Part shown: positions 50,244 to 59,199 of the stretch, piece by piece | Numbering within the stretch: the first letter of the stretch is position 1 | Layout of the letters: each line of letters begins with the position of its first letter | Source of the DNA: Simkaniaceae bacterium | GTDB taxonomy: Bacteria > Chlamydiota > Chlamydiia > Chlamydiales > JAJFMI01 | Assembly (NCBI GenBank): GCA_040880145.1 | Contig: JBBDIZ010000027.1 | Span: 1 to 64,000 of the forward strand | Length of the DNA: 64,000 nt | Direction: 5' to 3' | Made by a program: the position numbers and the translations under genes | Notes under the pieces: generated by a model | Database searches by the model: none | The model's input: the letters and a program-made list of their open reading frames with translations, nothing else | What the model was told of the DNA's origin: nothing

Positions 50244-53200
50244 TTATTTAGCCACTTCCAATCGTTTAAAACAGGTCAAAGACTGAATTTTTTCTTCAAT
50301 TTCATCCGACCAGGCCACCCCCCAATCGGAGTCAATCTCAATTTTTCCAATGGCCCCCTCTTGGCTCACAAAATGTAAAAAGAGAGGACTCTGACCTGGA
50401 TAATCTTGAAGTATTTTTTTTATTTTAACGATATGGCTAAGCTTGATCTCATCGGCATCTATATGAATATGAATGGTTTTTTTAGAAGTCATCGAAATTT
50501 TTTCTTCCTTATTTTTGACCTCTTTCGGACGTTTTGACTCTCTTATTTCCATCGTTTTGGCTTGCTCATAGGCTTTATCAGAAGCTTGAATCATCTCTTC
50601 GTCCATCTTCGTCAAATCATCGAGCCAACGGCAATGCAGGCGGAAATCCCCCTCCCGTTTATCAACCTGAACAACCGCATATAAAAGTTGATTTTCATGA
50701 AGAATGTGATTTTTGATTTCATAAAGATCCGACCAGATAGGCAGTTCAAAATGTTCATGGCCATTGCTAATAATTAAAATCGCAAATTTGCGTTGACTTC
50801 TCTGAGAGATGCGCACTGTAATCGTATCGACAATGAAGGCTGCTCTAAAAACAGCGCCATGATCCGCTTGCCTTAAATGCGTAAAAGGAACGCAGGAGAG
50901 TTTTGTTAAGTATTCCTGATACTCATCCATGGGATGACCTGTGAGATAAAACCCTAAGAGCTCTTTTTCGCGGCTCAAACGTTCTTGCTTTGAAGATTCT
51001 TCAACGTTTTCAGGGGGTAAAAGAAAGGGGGAAGAATTCTCATTCTCTAAGGAGGCAAAAAGGTCAATTACTCCTTTTGCCTTCTCTTTTTGCTCCCGCA
51101 TGGCCTGTTCATACATCGGCTCTAGCTCAGAGCGCAATTGACTTCGCGTCCAATTTGAAAAATCGAACCCTCCCGCATCAATGAGGTGTAAAATAGCCTT
51201 TTTACCGGCTCGTTTAAGATCGATCCGTTTTAAAAAATCATAAAGCGATGAGAAGTTCCCTTCCTTTTCACGCTCTTCGATGATCGCCTCAACAACTCCA
51301 TGGCCAACCCCTTTAATTCCCGACATCGCAAAGCGGATCCCCTCATTTGTAGCGACAAACTCGTCTCCCGATTCATTGACATCCGGCGAAAGGATGGGAA
51401 TCGCCATCGATTCGGCTTCGCGAATGTGCTTTGAAACCCTTGAGATATCATCGATATCGCAGGTCATAAGAGCTGCCATCCATTCTTTAGGGTGATTCGC
51501 TTTAAGATAAGCCGTTACGTAGCTTAGAAAACCATAAGCTGTAGCATGAGCTTTGTTAAAACCGTAGGACGCAAATTTTTCTACATTACTGAAAATCTCT
51601 CCTGCCAATCCCTCATCGAGCCCCTTTTCAATAGCCCCTTTTAAGAATTTTTTGCGCTGCCTTTGCATCTCCTCATGGTCTTTTTTTCCCATCGCCTTGC
51701 GGAGCAAATCCCCTTCACCCAAGCTATAGCCTGCAAGTTTTTGAGCGATCTGCATCACCTGCTCTTGATAAACCATGATCCCATACGTTTCCTTAAGAAT
51801 CTCTTCCATCCAAGGATGGTCATAAACAATAGGCTCTCTTTTATGCTTACGATTGATAAAAGTTGGGATCATCTCCATCGGACCGGGGCGGTAAAGAGCG
51901 CCCACCGCGATAATCTCTTCGAATTTATCGATGTGAAGCTGGCGCGCTAGATCCTGCATTCCTCCGGATTCCAGTTGAAAAACTCCAAGAGTTTTGCCTT
52001 GATTGAGCAAGTCAAACGTGTTGGCGTCGTTAAGAGGAAGATTGACCACATCTAAAGAGACCTCGCCCTTTTTTTCTAAAGCCCTTACCGTTTTTTGAAT
52101 CGACGTCAACGTTTTCAATCCCAAAAAATCGATCTTCAACATCCCGACCGATTCAACAGGTTTCATAGCATATTGCGTAACGACCATATCGGCATCTTTT
52201 GCCGTGCAAACAGGAATATGATCGGTTAGCGGATCAGCAGAAACAATTAAACCTGCCGCATGAATTCCCGTGTTCCGAATCGAGCCTTCTAAAATTTTCG
52301 CAATATCGATGATGCGCTTAGCGTCCTCATCGGACTCGTAAAATTTGAGCAGATCCTTATCCATTTCAAATGCCTTTTCAAGCGTCATATTAGGATCTTC
52401 AGGGACAAGTTTTGCAATTTCATTCACCTTCGCTAAAGGGACTGAGAGAACTCGGCCCACATCTTTGATGGCCATTTTTGCCTTCATCGTGCCAAAAGTG
52501 ATGATTTGAGCAACCTTGTCCTTGCCATACTTTTGAATCGTATAGTCGATCACTTTCGATCGTCTTTCCATACAAATATCGACATCGATATCAGGATAGG
52601 AAAGACGCTCCGGATTGATAAAGCGCTCGAAGAAAAGAGAAAAACGAAGCGGCTCGATATCGGTTACACCGATGAGATAAAGAATAATAGAACCGGCCCC
52701 GGATCCTCGCCCGGGCCCTACTGGAATATCGTGGCTTTTGGCCCATGAAATGAAGTCGCGTACAATGAGTAAATAGTCGCACATTCCCTTTGAAAGAATC
52801 ACATTGAGCTCATAATCAAGACGCTCTTTCACAACAACCCCAGGGTCTTTATCCGGATATTTATTGCGAACCTCCTCCAAAGCCTCTTGAGTATATCTTT
52901 TTTCAATACCCTCTAAACAAAGAGTCTTCAAATAGTCTTCAGAGGCCTTTTCCCTTTCTTGGGCTGTGAACGTCCTTCCTTCTAAATGAGGCGGCACAAA
53001 AACGGGATAAAACCGCGCCTTAAAATTCATTTCAAAAGAGCACTTCTCAGCAATCTTAAGCGAATTTTCAATCGCCTGTGGCTGATCACTAAAAAGTGTT
53101 GTCATTTCTTCTGAATTCTTAAAATAATATTCGTGAGAATTTAGTGTATGACGCTTTGGATTTGGGATGCGCCTTAAGACACGCCCATGCGTATCCCTCT

Positions 53201-53987
53201 CCCAAATTTCGCAGGGCTCACCCGATTGCACATTCATCAATATTTCATGAGCACGCCAATCTTCACGATTTAGATAACGAGTTGCATTGGTCGCAACAAC
53301 TGGAAGTTCGAGTTTTAAAAGAGAGTTGTTCAGGGTCGCTTGCTTCTTTATAAAATCACGATGTTTTCGAATCAACCAGGATTCTTGATCCATTCCATCT
53401 AAAGAAATATGCGCTTCACTCATCTGATGCCGCTGAAGCTGCAAATAGAGATCATCCTTAAAAAGCTCTTTTAAAAAAGTGAGCTCCGCCAAGCTCTCTT
53501 TCTCGTCTGATTCAAGCAAGGCCGATGCTAAGCGGCTTCGCATTTGACCGGTTAAGCAGATCAAACCCTCTGCATGCTGAGCTAAAATCTCGCGATCAAC
53601 TCTCGGTGTATAATAAAATCCCTCCAGAAAACCGATCGATGTCAACTTGCAAAGATTCTGATATCCCTTTTTATTCTTTGCTAAAAGAACGAGAGGATAC
53701 CCATTTTGCAGCCCATAAGTTTTCTTTTTTTCAAGTCTAGATGTTGGAGCAAGAGCAATCTCTAAGCCGATGATGGGCTTGATCCCTTCTGATTGACACG
53801 CCTTAAAAAACTCAACCGCTCCGAACATATTTCCAAGATCAGTCAAAGCAAGAGCCGCCATATGACATTCTCGAGCACGCTTTGCGATAGCCTTAACCGA
53901 GATGCTTGCGTTTAATACGGAATACTGGGAGTGATTGACAAGTGAGACCCAAGAAGACATAGAGTTCATGTTAGCAACATTCGACAT
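50244..53987 (-). CDS. dnaE: DNA polymerase III alpha subunit
   Basis: GPGRGSGAGS, PDIDVD, KIDFLGL, YGFNKAH; likely start ATG 53960. Confidence 0.98.
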   Translation of the reverse strand: MSNVANMNSMSSWVSLVNHSQYSVLNASISVKAIAKRARECHMAALALTDLGNMFGAVEFFKACQSEGIKPIIGLEIALAPTSRLEKKKTYGLQNGYPLVLLAKNKKGYQNLCKLTSIGFLEGFYYTPRVDREILAQHAEGLICLTGQMRSRLASALLESDEKESLAELTFLKELFKDDLYLQLQRHQMSEAHISLDGMDQESWLIRKHRDFIKKQATLNNSLLKLELPVVATNATRYLNREDWRAHEILMNVQSGEPCEIWERDTHGRVLRRIPNPKRHTLNSHEYYFKNSEEMTTLFSDQPQAIENSLKIAEKCSFEMNFKARFYPVFVPPHLEGRTFTAQEREKASEDYLKTLCLEGIEKRYTQEALEEVRNKYPDKDPGVVVKERLDYELNVILSKGMCDYLLIVRDFISWAKSHDIPVGPGRGSGAGSIILYLIGVTDIEPLRFSLFFERFINPERLSYPDIDVDICMERRSKVIDYTIQKYGKDKVAQIITFGTMKAKMAIKDVGRVLSVPLAKVNEIAKLVPEDPNMTLEKAFEMDKDLLKFYESDEDAKRIIDIAKILEGSIRNTGIHAAGLIVSADPLTDHIPVCTAKDADMVVTQYAMKPVESVGMLKIDFLGLKTLTSIQKTVRALEKKGEVSLDVVNLPLNDANTFDLLNQGKTLGVFQLESGGMQDLARQLHIDKFEEIIAVGALYRPGPMEMIPTFINRKHKREPIVYDHPWMEEILKETYGIMVYQEQVMQIAQKLAGYSLGEGDLLRKAMGKKDHEEMQRQRKKFLKGAIEKGLDEGLAGEIFSNVEKFASYGFNKAHATAYGFLSYVTAYLKANHPKEWMAALMTCDIDDISRVSKHIREAESMAIPILSPDVNESGDEFVATNEGIRFAMSGIKGVGHGVVEAIIEEREKEGNFSSLYDFLKRIDLKRAGKKAILHLIDAGGFDFSNWTRSQLRSELEPMYEQAMREQKEKAKGVIDLFASLENENSSPFLLPPENVEESSKQERLSREKELLGFYLTGHPMDEYQEYLTKLSCVPFTHLRQADHGAVFRAAFIVDTITVRISQRSQRKFAILIISNGHEHFELPIWSDLYEIKNHILHENQLLYAVVQVDKREGDFRLHCRWLDDLTKMDEEMIQASDKAYEQAKTMEIRESKRPKEVKNKEEKISMTSKKTIHIHIDADEIKLSHIVKIKKILQDYPGQSPLFLHFVSQEGAIGKIEIDSDWGVAWSDEIEEKIQSLTCFKRLEVAK

Positions 53988-54000
53988 ATTGACTCAAGTG

Positions 54001-55344
54001 TCAAACAGCAGAAGATTCAAGTTGATCGACTCTTTTTCTAACCGACCATAGAGGAATCAAGAGAAGCGTAGCGGTGATGCTGCAGGCAACGAGCAAGACA
54101 AAGACGCCCGACCAACCATAATCTTGAGAGACCTTGCCAACCGGGTAACCCGCCGAGGCGGCTCCAAGATAACCAATCCATCCGGCAAAACCCGAAGCCG
54201 TTCCAGCTGCTTTCTTATGAGCGAGTTCAGCCGCCGCCATTCCGATCAACATCTGCGGCCCAAAAATAAAGAACCCAATAGAAAACATCAAAGAGGCATC
54301 GAAAGCAAATCTTCCGGCAGGAGAAAGCCAAAGGCCAAGAAGCGCTAAAATCACCCCAAACGAAAAGATCACATTGACAGGACCGCGGCGCCCTTTATAA
54401 ATTTTATCGGAGAGAAACCCCGCAGCTAAACTTCCAAAAAAACCGCCAAGTTCAAAAATTCCAATACAGGAGCCGGCCTTAATGAGAGAGTAGTGTTTAT
54501 GTTCAAAGAGAAAGAGCTGGCCCCAGTCATTGATCCCTTGCCTGACGACATAGATAAAGAAATAACTTATTGCCAAAATCCAAATGAACCGATTTTTCAA
54601 GACATATTGGAGAAGAATTTGTTTCGTTGAAAGCTCCTTTTCATGAGACTTCACCTCACGCTCCGACTCCTCACCCATAAATTTTTCAATTGGGGGAAGC
54701 CCAAGAGATTGGGGCGTATCGCGAAGCGCATAGATTAAAAACAGTCCGGCCATAATGGAGAGAATCCCCGGAACAAAAAGAGCAAACCGCCAGCCATACT
54801 GCGCCGCATAATAAGAAGCTACGATTGGAATTAACAACCCTCCCACATTATGGGAAGTATTCCAAAGCCCCCACCAACGCCCTCTTTCAGATTGAGAATA
54901 CCAGTGAGTTAAAAGTCGCGCGCAAGGAGGCCACCCCCACCCTTGAAACCATCCATTCAGCCCCCAAAATAGAGCGAACAGAACAAGAGATGAGCTAAAT
55001 CCAAAAAAGATGTTAAAGAAACCGGTCAATATCAACCCGAAGGCCATAAAGGCTCGCGGATTCGATCGGTCGGCAACAATCCCGCTTAAAAACTTACTCA
55101 AGCCGTAAGAAATAGACAGGATGCTCGCTAAAATACCGAGCTGACTTTTAGAATAACCAAGAGCCGACATCAATGTCGGCATCGCAAAAACTAAACTCTT
55201 ACGAGTGAAATAATAAAACGCGTAGCCGACATACATACCGGCAAAGATCCGAAGCCGCCAATAGCGATAACGACTCCTTACCTCTTCAGCATTTTCAATT
55301 TCTTTAATATGCGGACTTGGTTTAAAAAAATTAATTAATCCCAC
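54001..55344 (-). CDS. uhpC: Hexose-phosphate MFS transporter (OPA family, UhpC/GlpT)
   Basis: YYFTRKS, NGWFQGWGWP, ERG.WWGLWNTSHNVGG, RDTPQSLGLP, GPQMLIG. Confidence 0.93.
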   Translation of the reverse strand: MGLINFFKPSPHIKEIENAEEVRSRYRYWRLRIFAGMYVGYAFYYFTRKSLVFAMPTLMSALGYSKSQLGILASILSISYGLSKFLSGIVADRSNPRAFMAFGLILTGFFNIFFGFSSSLVLFALFWGLNGWFQGWGWPPCARLLTHWYSQSERGRWWGLWNTSHNVGGLLIPIVASYYAAQYGWRFALFVPGILSIMAGLFLIYALRDTPQSLGLPPIEKFMGEESEREVKSHEKELSTKQILLQYVLKNRFIWILAISYFFIYVVRQGINDWGQLFLFEHKHYSLIKAGSCIGIFELGGFFGSLAAGFLSDKIYKGRRGPVNVIFSFGVILALLGLWLSPAGRFAFDASLMFSIGFFIFGPQMLIGMAAAELAHKKAAGTASGFAGWIGYLGAASAGYPVGKVSQDYGWSGVFVLLVACSITATLLLIPLWSVRKRVDQLESSAV

Positions 55345-55515
55345 TAATTACCCTAATTATCTAAACCGAAAATAATTAATTATTAAGTTTATATATACAA
55401 TGTCTAATTACAAGGAATTCATGTTAATGGAAAAGAGACCCAAAGTCAATCTCAATCCACAGGATTAGAGAAGAGTTATATTTACATAAATTTTTAATTT
55501 ATTCATTGTGAAGTC

Positions 55516-56124
55516 ATGGGAACGCCTTCGCCACCAATCAGACCATCCGACTCTAGAGACTCCGAAAAAGTCACCTTTCCCTCTATTGAAAGGCAAAAAC
55601 GTATTAAAGAAAAATATGAAGATGCCAAAGAGGAGCAAGAGGGAGGTTTTTTTCTTTTAACCTGGGTCATGCAAACTTTAAAAAAAGTAATTAACATCTT
55701 CATCACTTCTCGAGAGGAAGGGTACCTGAACCCCGAGATCCAAACCCTCTTTGTCGATATACGCAAACTTCGTAATCTCTTTGCTCGAATGAAAACAGAG
55801 GACATGAGCCATGATGCTACCTTTATCAGTCGGCTTTCGATCCACTGGAGCGTCCTGGCAACGGACATTGAAAACCTTGGTTTTGAACACGTTACAATCA
55901 CACTAAAAGCGCAGCTTGCCCACCTTAAAAGCAGCCTCAATGATTACTCCATTCAAGGCTCTATGTCCTTCGGCTTCTACCTGGAAGAGCATGCCGGCGA
56001 AAGCTGGTTCCCTCTTCCCTTCCTAGAGATGATCCGCTCCCTTTATACAGAAGCGCTCATAACTCCGGAATACTGCACCCTTAGCTCCTGGATCAAAGAA
56101 ATTGATACTATATTACAGGGTTAA
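55516..56124 (+). CDS. Hypothetical protein
   Basis: 202-aa ORF divergent from uhpC; Ser/Pro-rich N-terminus, helical body. Confidence 0.7.
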   Translation: MGTPSPPIRPSDSRDSEKVTFPSIERQKRIKEKYEDAKEEQEGGFFLLTWVMQTLKKVINIFITSREEGYLNPEIQTLFVDIRKLRNLFARMKTEDMSHDATFISRLSIHWSVLATDIENLGFEHVTITLKAQLAHLKSSLNDYSIQGSMSFGFYLEEHAGESWFPLPFLEMIRSLYTEALITPEYCTLSSWIKEIDTILQG

Positions 56125-56155
56125 CAGCTTCCAAGACTAAAGCCGATGGGAGCTG
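56125..56155. repeat. Degenerate palindrome CAGCTTCCA-AGACTAAAGCCGA-TGGGAGCTG
   Basis: 9-bp inverted repeat with one G-U pair and central CTAAAG, immediately after the stop codon. Confidence 0.5.
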
Positions 56156-56223
56156 CCGATGACATGGATGTTAGAGCCCAATCCGTATTCAAATAATTTT
56201 TATTAAACTGTTTTTATAATTAA

Positions 56224-56252
56224 TTGACCTATTAGTAATCATTCTGTATAAT
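56224..56252 (+). promoter_or_regulatory. Near-consensus sigma66/sigma70 promoter
   Basis: TTGACC-17 nt-TATAAT. Confidence 0.65.
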
Positions 56253-56275
56253 TAAATATAAATTACGGTGATAAT

Positions 56276-57019
56276 ATGTCAAAAGTATGTGAGCAATATT
56301 TCAGACTTGATTTATCTTATTTATACGAAAAAACTTATAATGATATTCAAAATTGTTGGACTCTAGAAAAAATTGAACCCTTGTATAATGAGGTAAAAAA
56401 TAACCCAAAACTTCAGACAAATAATAAATTGAAACACTCTTTAATTAAAAGAAGACTCCTCATAAAATTAAATGAAACTAGTTTGAATAATTTGGATCTA
56501 TTTAAGACCTACACTCAAAAAGATATAGGGGACCATCTTCCTAAGCCAAGCCCTCTAATCTGTAAATTGGGTAGTTTTTATTTTCACAAACCAAGCACCC
56601 GGCTTCTTCCGATATTTAGCAAAAACCTTATCAAACCAACCATTATTAAGAAAACTTCAACCTTAGACTTTACGATTACCATTACCGAAAACAAAGCTCT
56701 TACAAAACGCGTATGGGAAAAGACTCTAAATGGATTCGATGCCTTAAATTATTCACCCAAAATAGGCTCCAATAATGAGAAAGTTTTCGTCGACTTCCTT
56801 CAAAAAATCAATCTGACTCCAATCGATTCTCTCCCTTCATTGGATTTAACCCAACTAGATCTTCCCAACTCTCATAAAGAATATCTACTTTGTAAAAATA
56901 TTGAGAGGCAATTCAACTACTTAGCAGCCGAACTCATTGCAGCTGCGAATGCCACAATTGAAGAGAAGCAACTTGAATTCGATGCGGGCTGTCAAAACAA
57001 TAACAATATTCGAAACTGA
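56276..57019 (+). CDS. AT-rich hypothetical protein
   Basis: 247-aa Lys/Asn/Leu-rich ORF with its own promoter; no recognised motif. Confidence 0.7.
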   Translation: MSKVCEQYFRLDLSYLYEKTYNDIQNCWTLEKIEPLYNEVKNNPKLQTNNKLKHSLIKRRLLIKLNETSLNNLDLFKTYTQKDIGDHLPKPSPLICKLGSFYFHKPSTRLLPIFSKNLIKPTIIKKTSTLDFTITITENKALTKRVWEKTLNGFDALNYSPKIGSNNEKVFVDFLQKINLTPIDSLPSLDLTQLDLPNSHKEYLLCKNIERQFNYLAAELIAAANATIEEKQLEFDAGCQNNNNIRN

Positions 57020-57041
57020 ATAAATCCAAATCTCTCTTTCC

Positions 57042-57070
57042 TTGATTTTTAAAAAATCATACCCTATCAT
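57042..57070 (+). promoter_or_regulatory. Putative promoter with overlapping palindrome
   Basis: TTGATT-17 nt-TATCAT; TGATTTTT-A-AAAAATCA at 57043-57059. Confidence 0.5.
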
Positions 57071-57078
57071 TCTCCTGT

Positions 57079-57879
57079 ATGAAAAAAACCCTACTTCTTA
57101 CCCTCCTTTTTTTAAGTTTCTCATCCCCAAACTATTCTTCTGTGAGCCCAAATCTCTTTGAAAAGTCTTTTCAAGAAAAAATTACAGAATTCACTCCTTT
57201 ACTTCTTGAAAAGAAAATAAATGTTTCAGCTGTTCAGACTTTTCTTTCTACACTTTGTAGAGAAGGATATGCCGAAGTTGAAGGCCTTGATACTGAATGC
57301 CGCTCGATTTGCGTAACAGCTCAAGGAGCTATTGAGGAGGCTTTAGCTCACTTGTTAAAGAAAGGGACTATTCGTAAAGTCGATGCGATCTTCCTCACGC
57401 CTCTTCCGACAACCCCTCTTCGAAAGAAGGGACAAACAACGGGTTTGTCGAGCGAAACCTTTGATCCTGCAAGAGCTTATACACTCGACATGAGAGAAGT
57501 TTCATTACGAGTCCTTAGAAAGGCGCACGCAACAATTCACGTCGCTTACTCAAAGGATGCCTTTGAAAGGCTAAAATCTTCCGAATCTGAGGACTCGCTA
57601 AAGCAGATCAAAATTTGGGAGAAGGAAAAGAAGCACCCCTATGTTATGGATGCCCCTCTCTCTGTTGATATTCCAAGCGAACTTGTTGGAGCTCTTTATC
57701 TGATTGAAGACTCAAATAAAGAACGATTTATTTTAACTACCCATGGAATCCAAGCAAAGGATGCTCCAAATGGCTTTGCAATTTGGAAAAAATGGTTTTC
57801 CCCGGCTTCCGAAAAAGGCGAGGGGTATCATCGCGCCCTACAAATGATGAATTTTATTTTCGAAAATGGAGCGCTTTGA
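57079..57879 (+). CDS. Hypothetical exported protein
   Basis: Signal peptide MKKTLLLTLLFLSFS; 266 aa; ends 9 nt before hisS. Confidence 0.75.
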   Translation: MKKTLLLTLLFLSFSSPNYSSVSPNLFEKSFQEKITEFTPLLLEKKINVSAVQTFLSTLCREGYAEVEGLDTECRSICVTAQGAIEEALAHLLKKGTIRKVDAIFLTPLPTTPLRKKGQTTGLSSETFDPARAYTLDMREVSLRVLRKAHATIHVAYSKDAFERLKSSESEDSLKQIKIWEKEKKHPYVMDAPLSVDIPSELVGALYLIEDSNKERFILTTHGIQAKDAPNGFAIWKKWFSPASEKGEGYHRALQMMNFIFENGAL

Positions 57880-57888
57880 AAAGTTGCC

Positions 57889-59199
57889 ATGCCATACTTA
57901 AAACCTAAAGGCACCTTTGACATTCTCCCCAAGCCTGTAAAGCCGGAGGATCGCTGGAGGGAATCTACGCGGTATCAATATCTCGAAGAGCTTTTGAGAA
58001 AAACCTCTCATGACTATGGATTCTATGAGATTCGAACCCCCATTTTTGAAAAGTCAGACCTTTTTATTCGATCTGTCGGAGAAGCTTCTGATATTATTTC
58101 TAAAGAGATGTACTCATTTGAAGATAAGGCAGGGCGGCACATGAGTTTGCGCCCTGAGGGAACCGCTCCTGTTCTTCGTGCATTTTTAGAAAATGGCCTC
58201 CCAAACGGAGGGGATCATAAGTTTTTCTACATCGGGCCTTATTTTCGATACGACCGCCCTCAAAAAGGACGCTTTCGCCAATTCCATCAATATGGTGTTG
58301 AAGCTATTGGAAGGAGCGATCCTCTGCAGGATGTCGAAATCATCGATCTGAATATGGAGATCTACCGCAGACTGGGTCTTAAAAACTTAACCTTAATGAT
58401 CAACTCAGTAGGCAGCTCTCTTTGCCGCCCAAGCTTTACAGCGGCTTTAAAGGCCTATTTAGAACCCTCTTTTTCAAAACTTTCAGAAGAGAGTCAGATG
58501 CGATTTAAAAAAAATCCACTGAGAATCCTAGACACCAAGTCAAAGGGTGATTTAGAAATTCTAAAGGGGGCTCCCTCTATTTTAGACCATCTCGATAAAG
58601 AGTGCCTCTTCCACTTTGAAGAGGTCAAAAAATGGCTGACGCGGTTAAAGATCCCTTTTGTTATCAATGACAAACTTGTCCGCGGCCTCGATTATTATAC
58701 AAAAACAGTTTTTGAAATTACCTCTGATGTCTTAGGCGCTCAGAATACAATTGGAGCGGGAGGGCGTTATGACGGTTTGATGAAAGCGCTTGGCGGCGAG
58801 GATTTGCCCTCCATAGGTTTTGCAACAGGAATCGAACGTATTTTACATACAATAGATGGGCAGGGGTATAGAGGCCCCTCCCTCCTGAATCCTTTTGTAT
58901 TATTAATTGGCCTTGGAGATCAGGCCGAAAATAAATGCTCAGAGCTGCTCTTTCACTTACGCCATAGCTCGATACCGGCTAGCCACCTCTATAATACGAA
59001 AAAACTTAGCAAAGCGTTATCTCATGCCAGTGACTTCGGCGCTTCTTATGTTCTTATTCTTGGCGATGACGAGCTAAGCGAAGGGACCATTAACGTAAAA
59101 AATCTAAAAACGCGCGAAACCCTTAATCACCCAATTGAAACGATTGTGGAATACATGAGCGAAAGACTATGTTTGACTACCGACGCACACACAAATTAG
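57889..59199 (+). CDS. hisS: Histidyl-tRNA synthetase
   Basis: PKGTFD, LRPEGTA, FRYDRPQKGRFRQF, LVRGLDYY, GGRYD. Confidence 0.98.
   Translation: MPYLKPKGTFDILPKPVKPEDRWRESTRYQYLEELLRKTSHDYGFYEIRTPIFEKSDLFIRSVGEASDIISKEMYSFEDKAGRHMSLRPEGTAPVLRAFLENGLPNGGDHKFFYIGPYFRYDRPQKGRFRQFHQYGVEAIGRSDPLQDVEIIDLNMEIYRRLGLKNLTLMINSVGSSLCRPSFTAALKAYLEPSFSKLSEESQMRFKKNPLRILDTKSKGDLEILKGAPSILDHLDKECLFHFEEVKKWLTRLKIPFVINDKLVRGLDYYTKTVFEITSDVLGAQNTIGAGGRYDGLMKALGGEDLPSIGFATGIERILHTIDGQGYRGPSLLNPFVLLIGLGDQAENKCSELLFHLRHSSIPASHLYNTKKLSKALSHASDFGASYVLILGDDELSEGTINVKNLKTRETLNHPIETIVEYMSERLCLTTDAHTN

Noticed and set aside
50244..53987. Possible intein in DnaE
   Set aside because: Length (1247 aa) is normal, polymerase motifs are contiguous, and no intein splice or LAGLIDADG motifs are visible.
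55503..55940. 145-aa minus-strand ORF
   Set aside because: Antisense to the longer 55516-56124 ORF, which has more protein-like composition.
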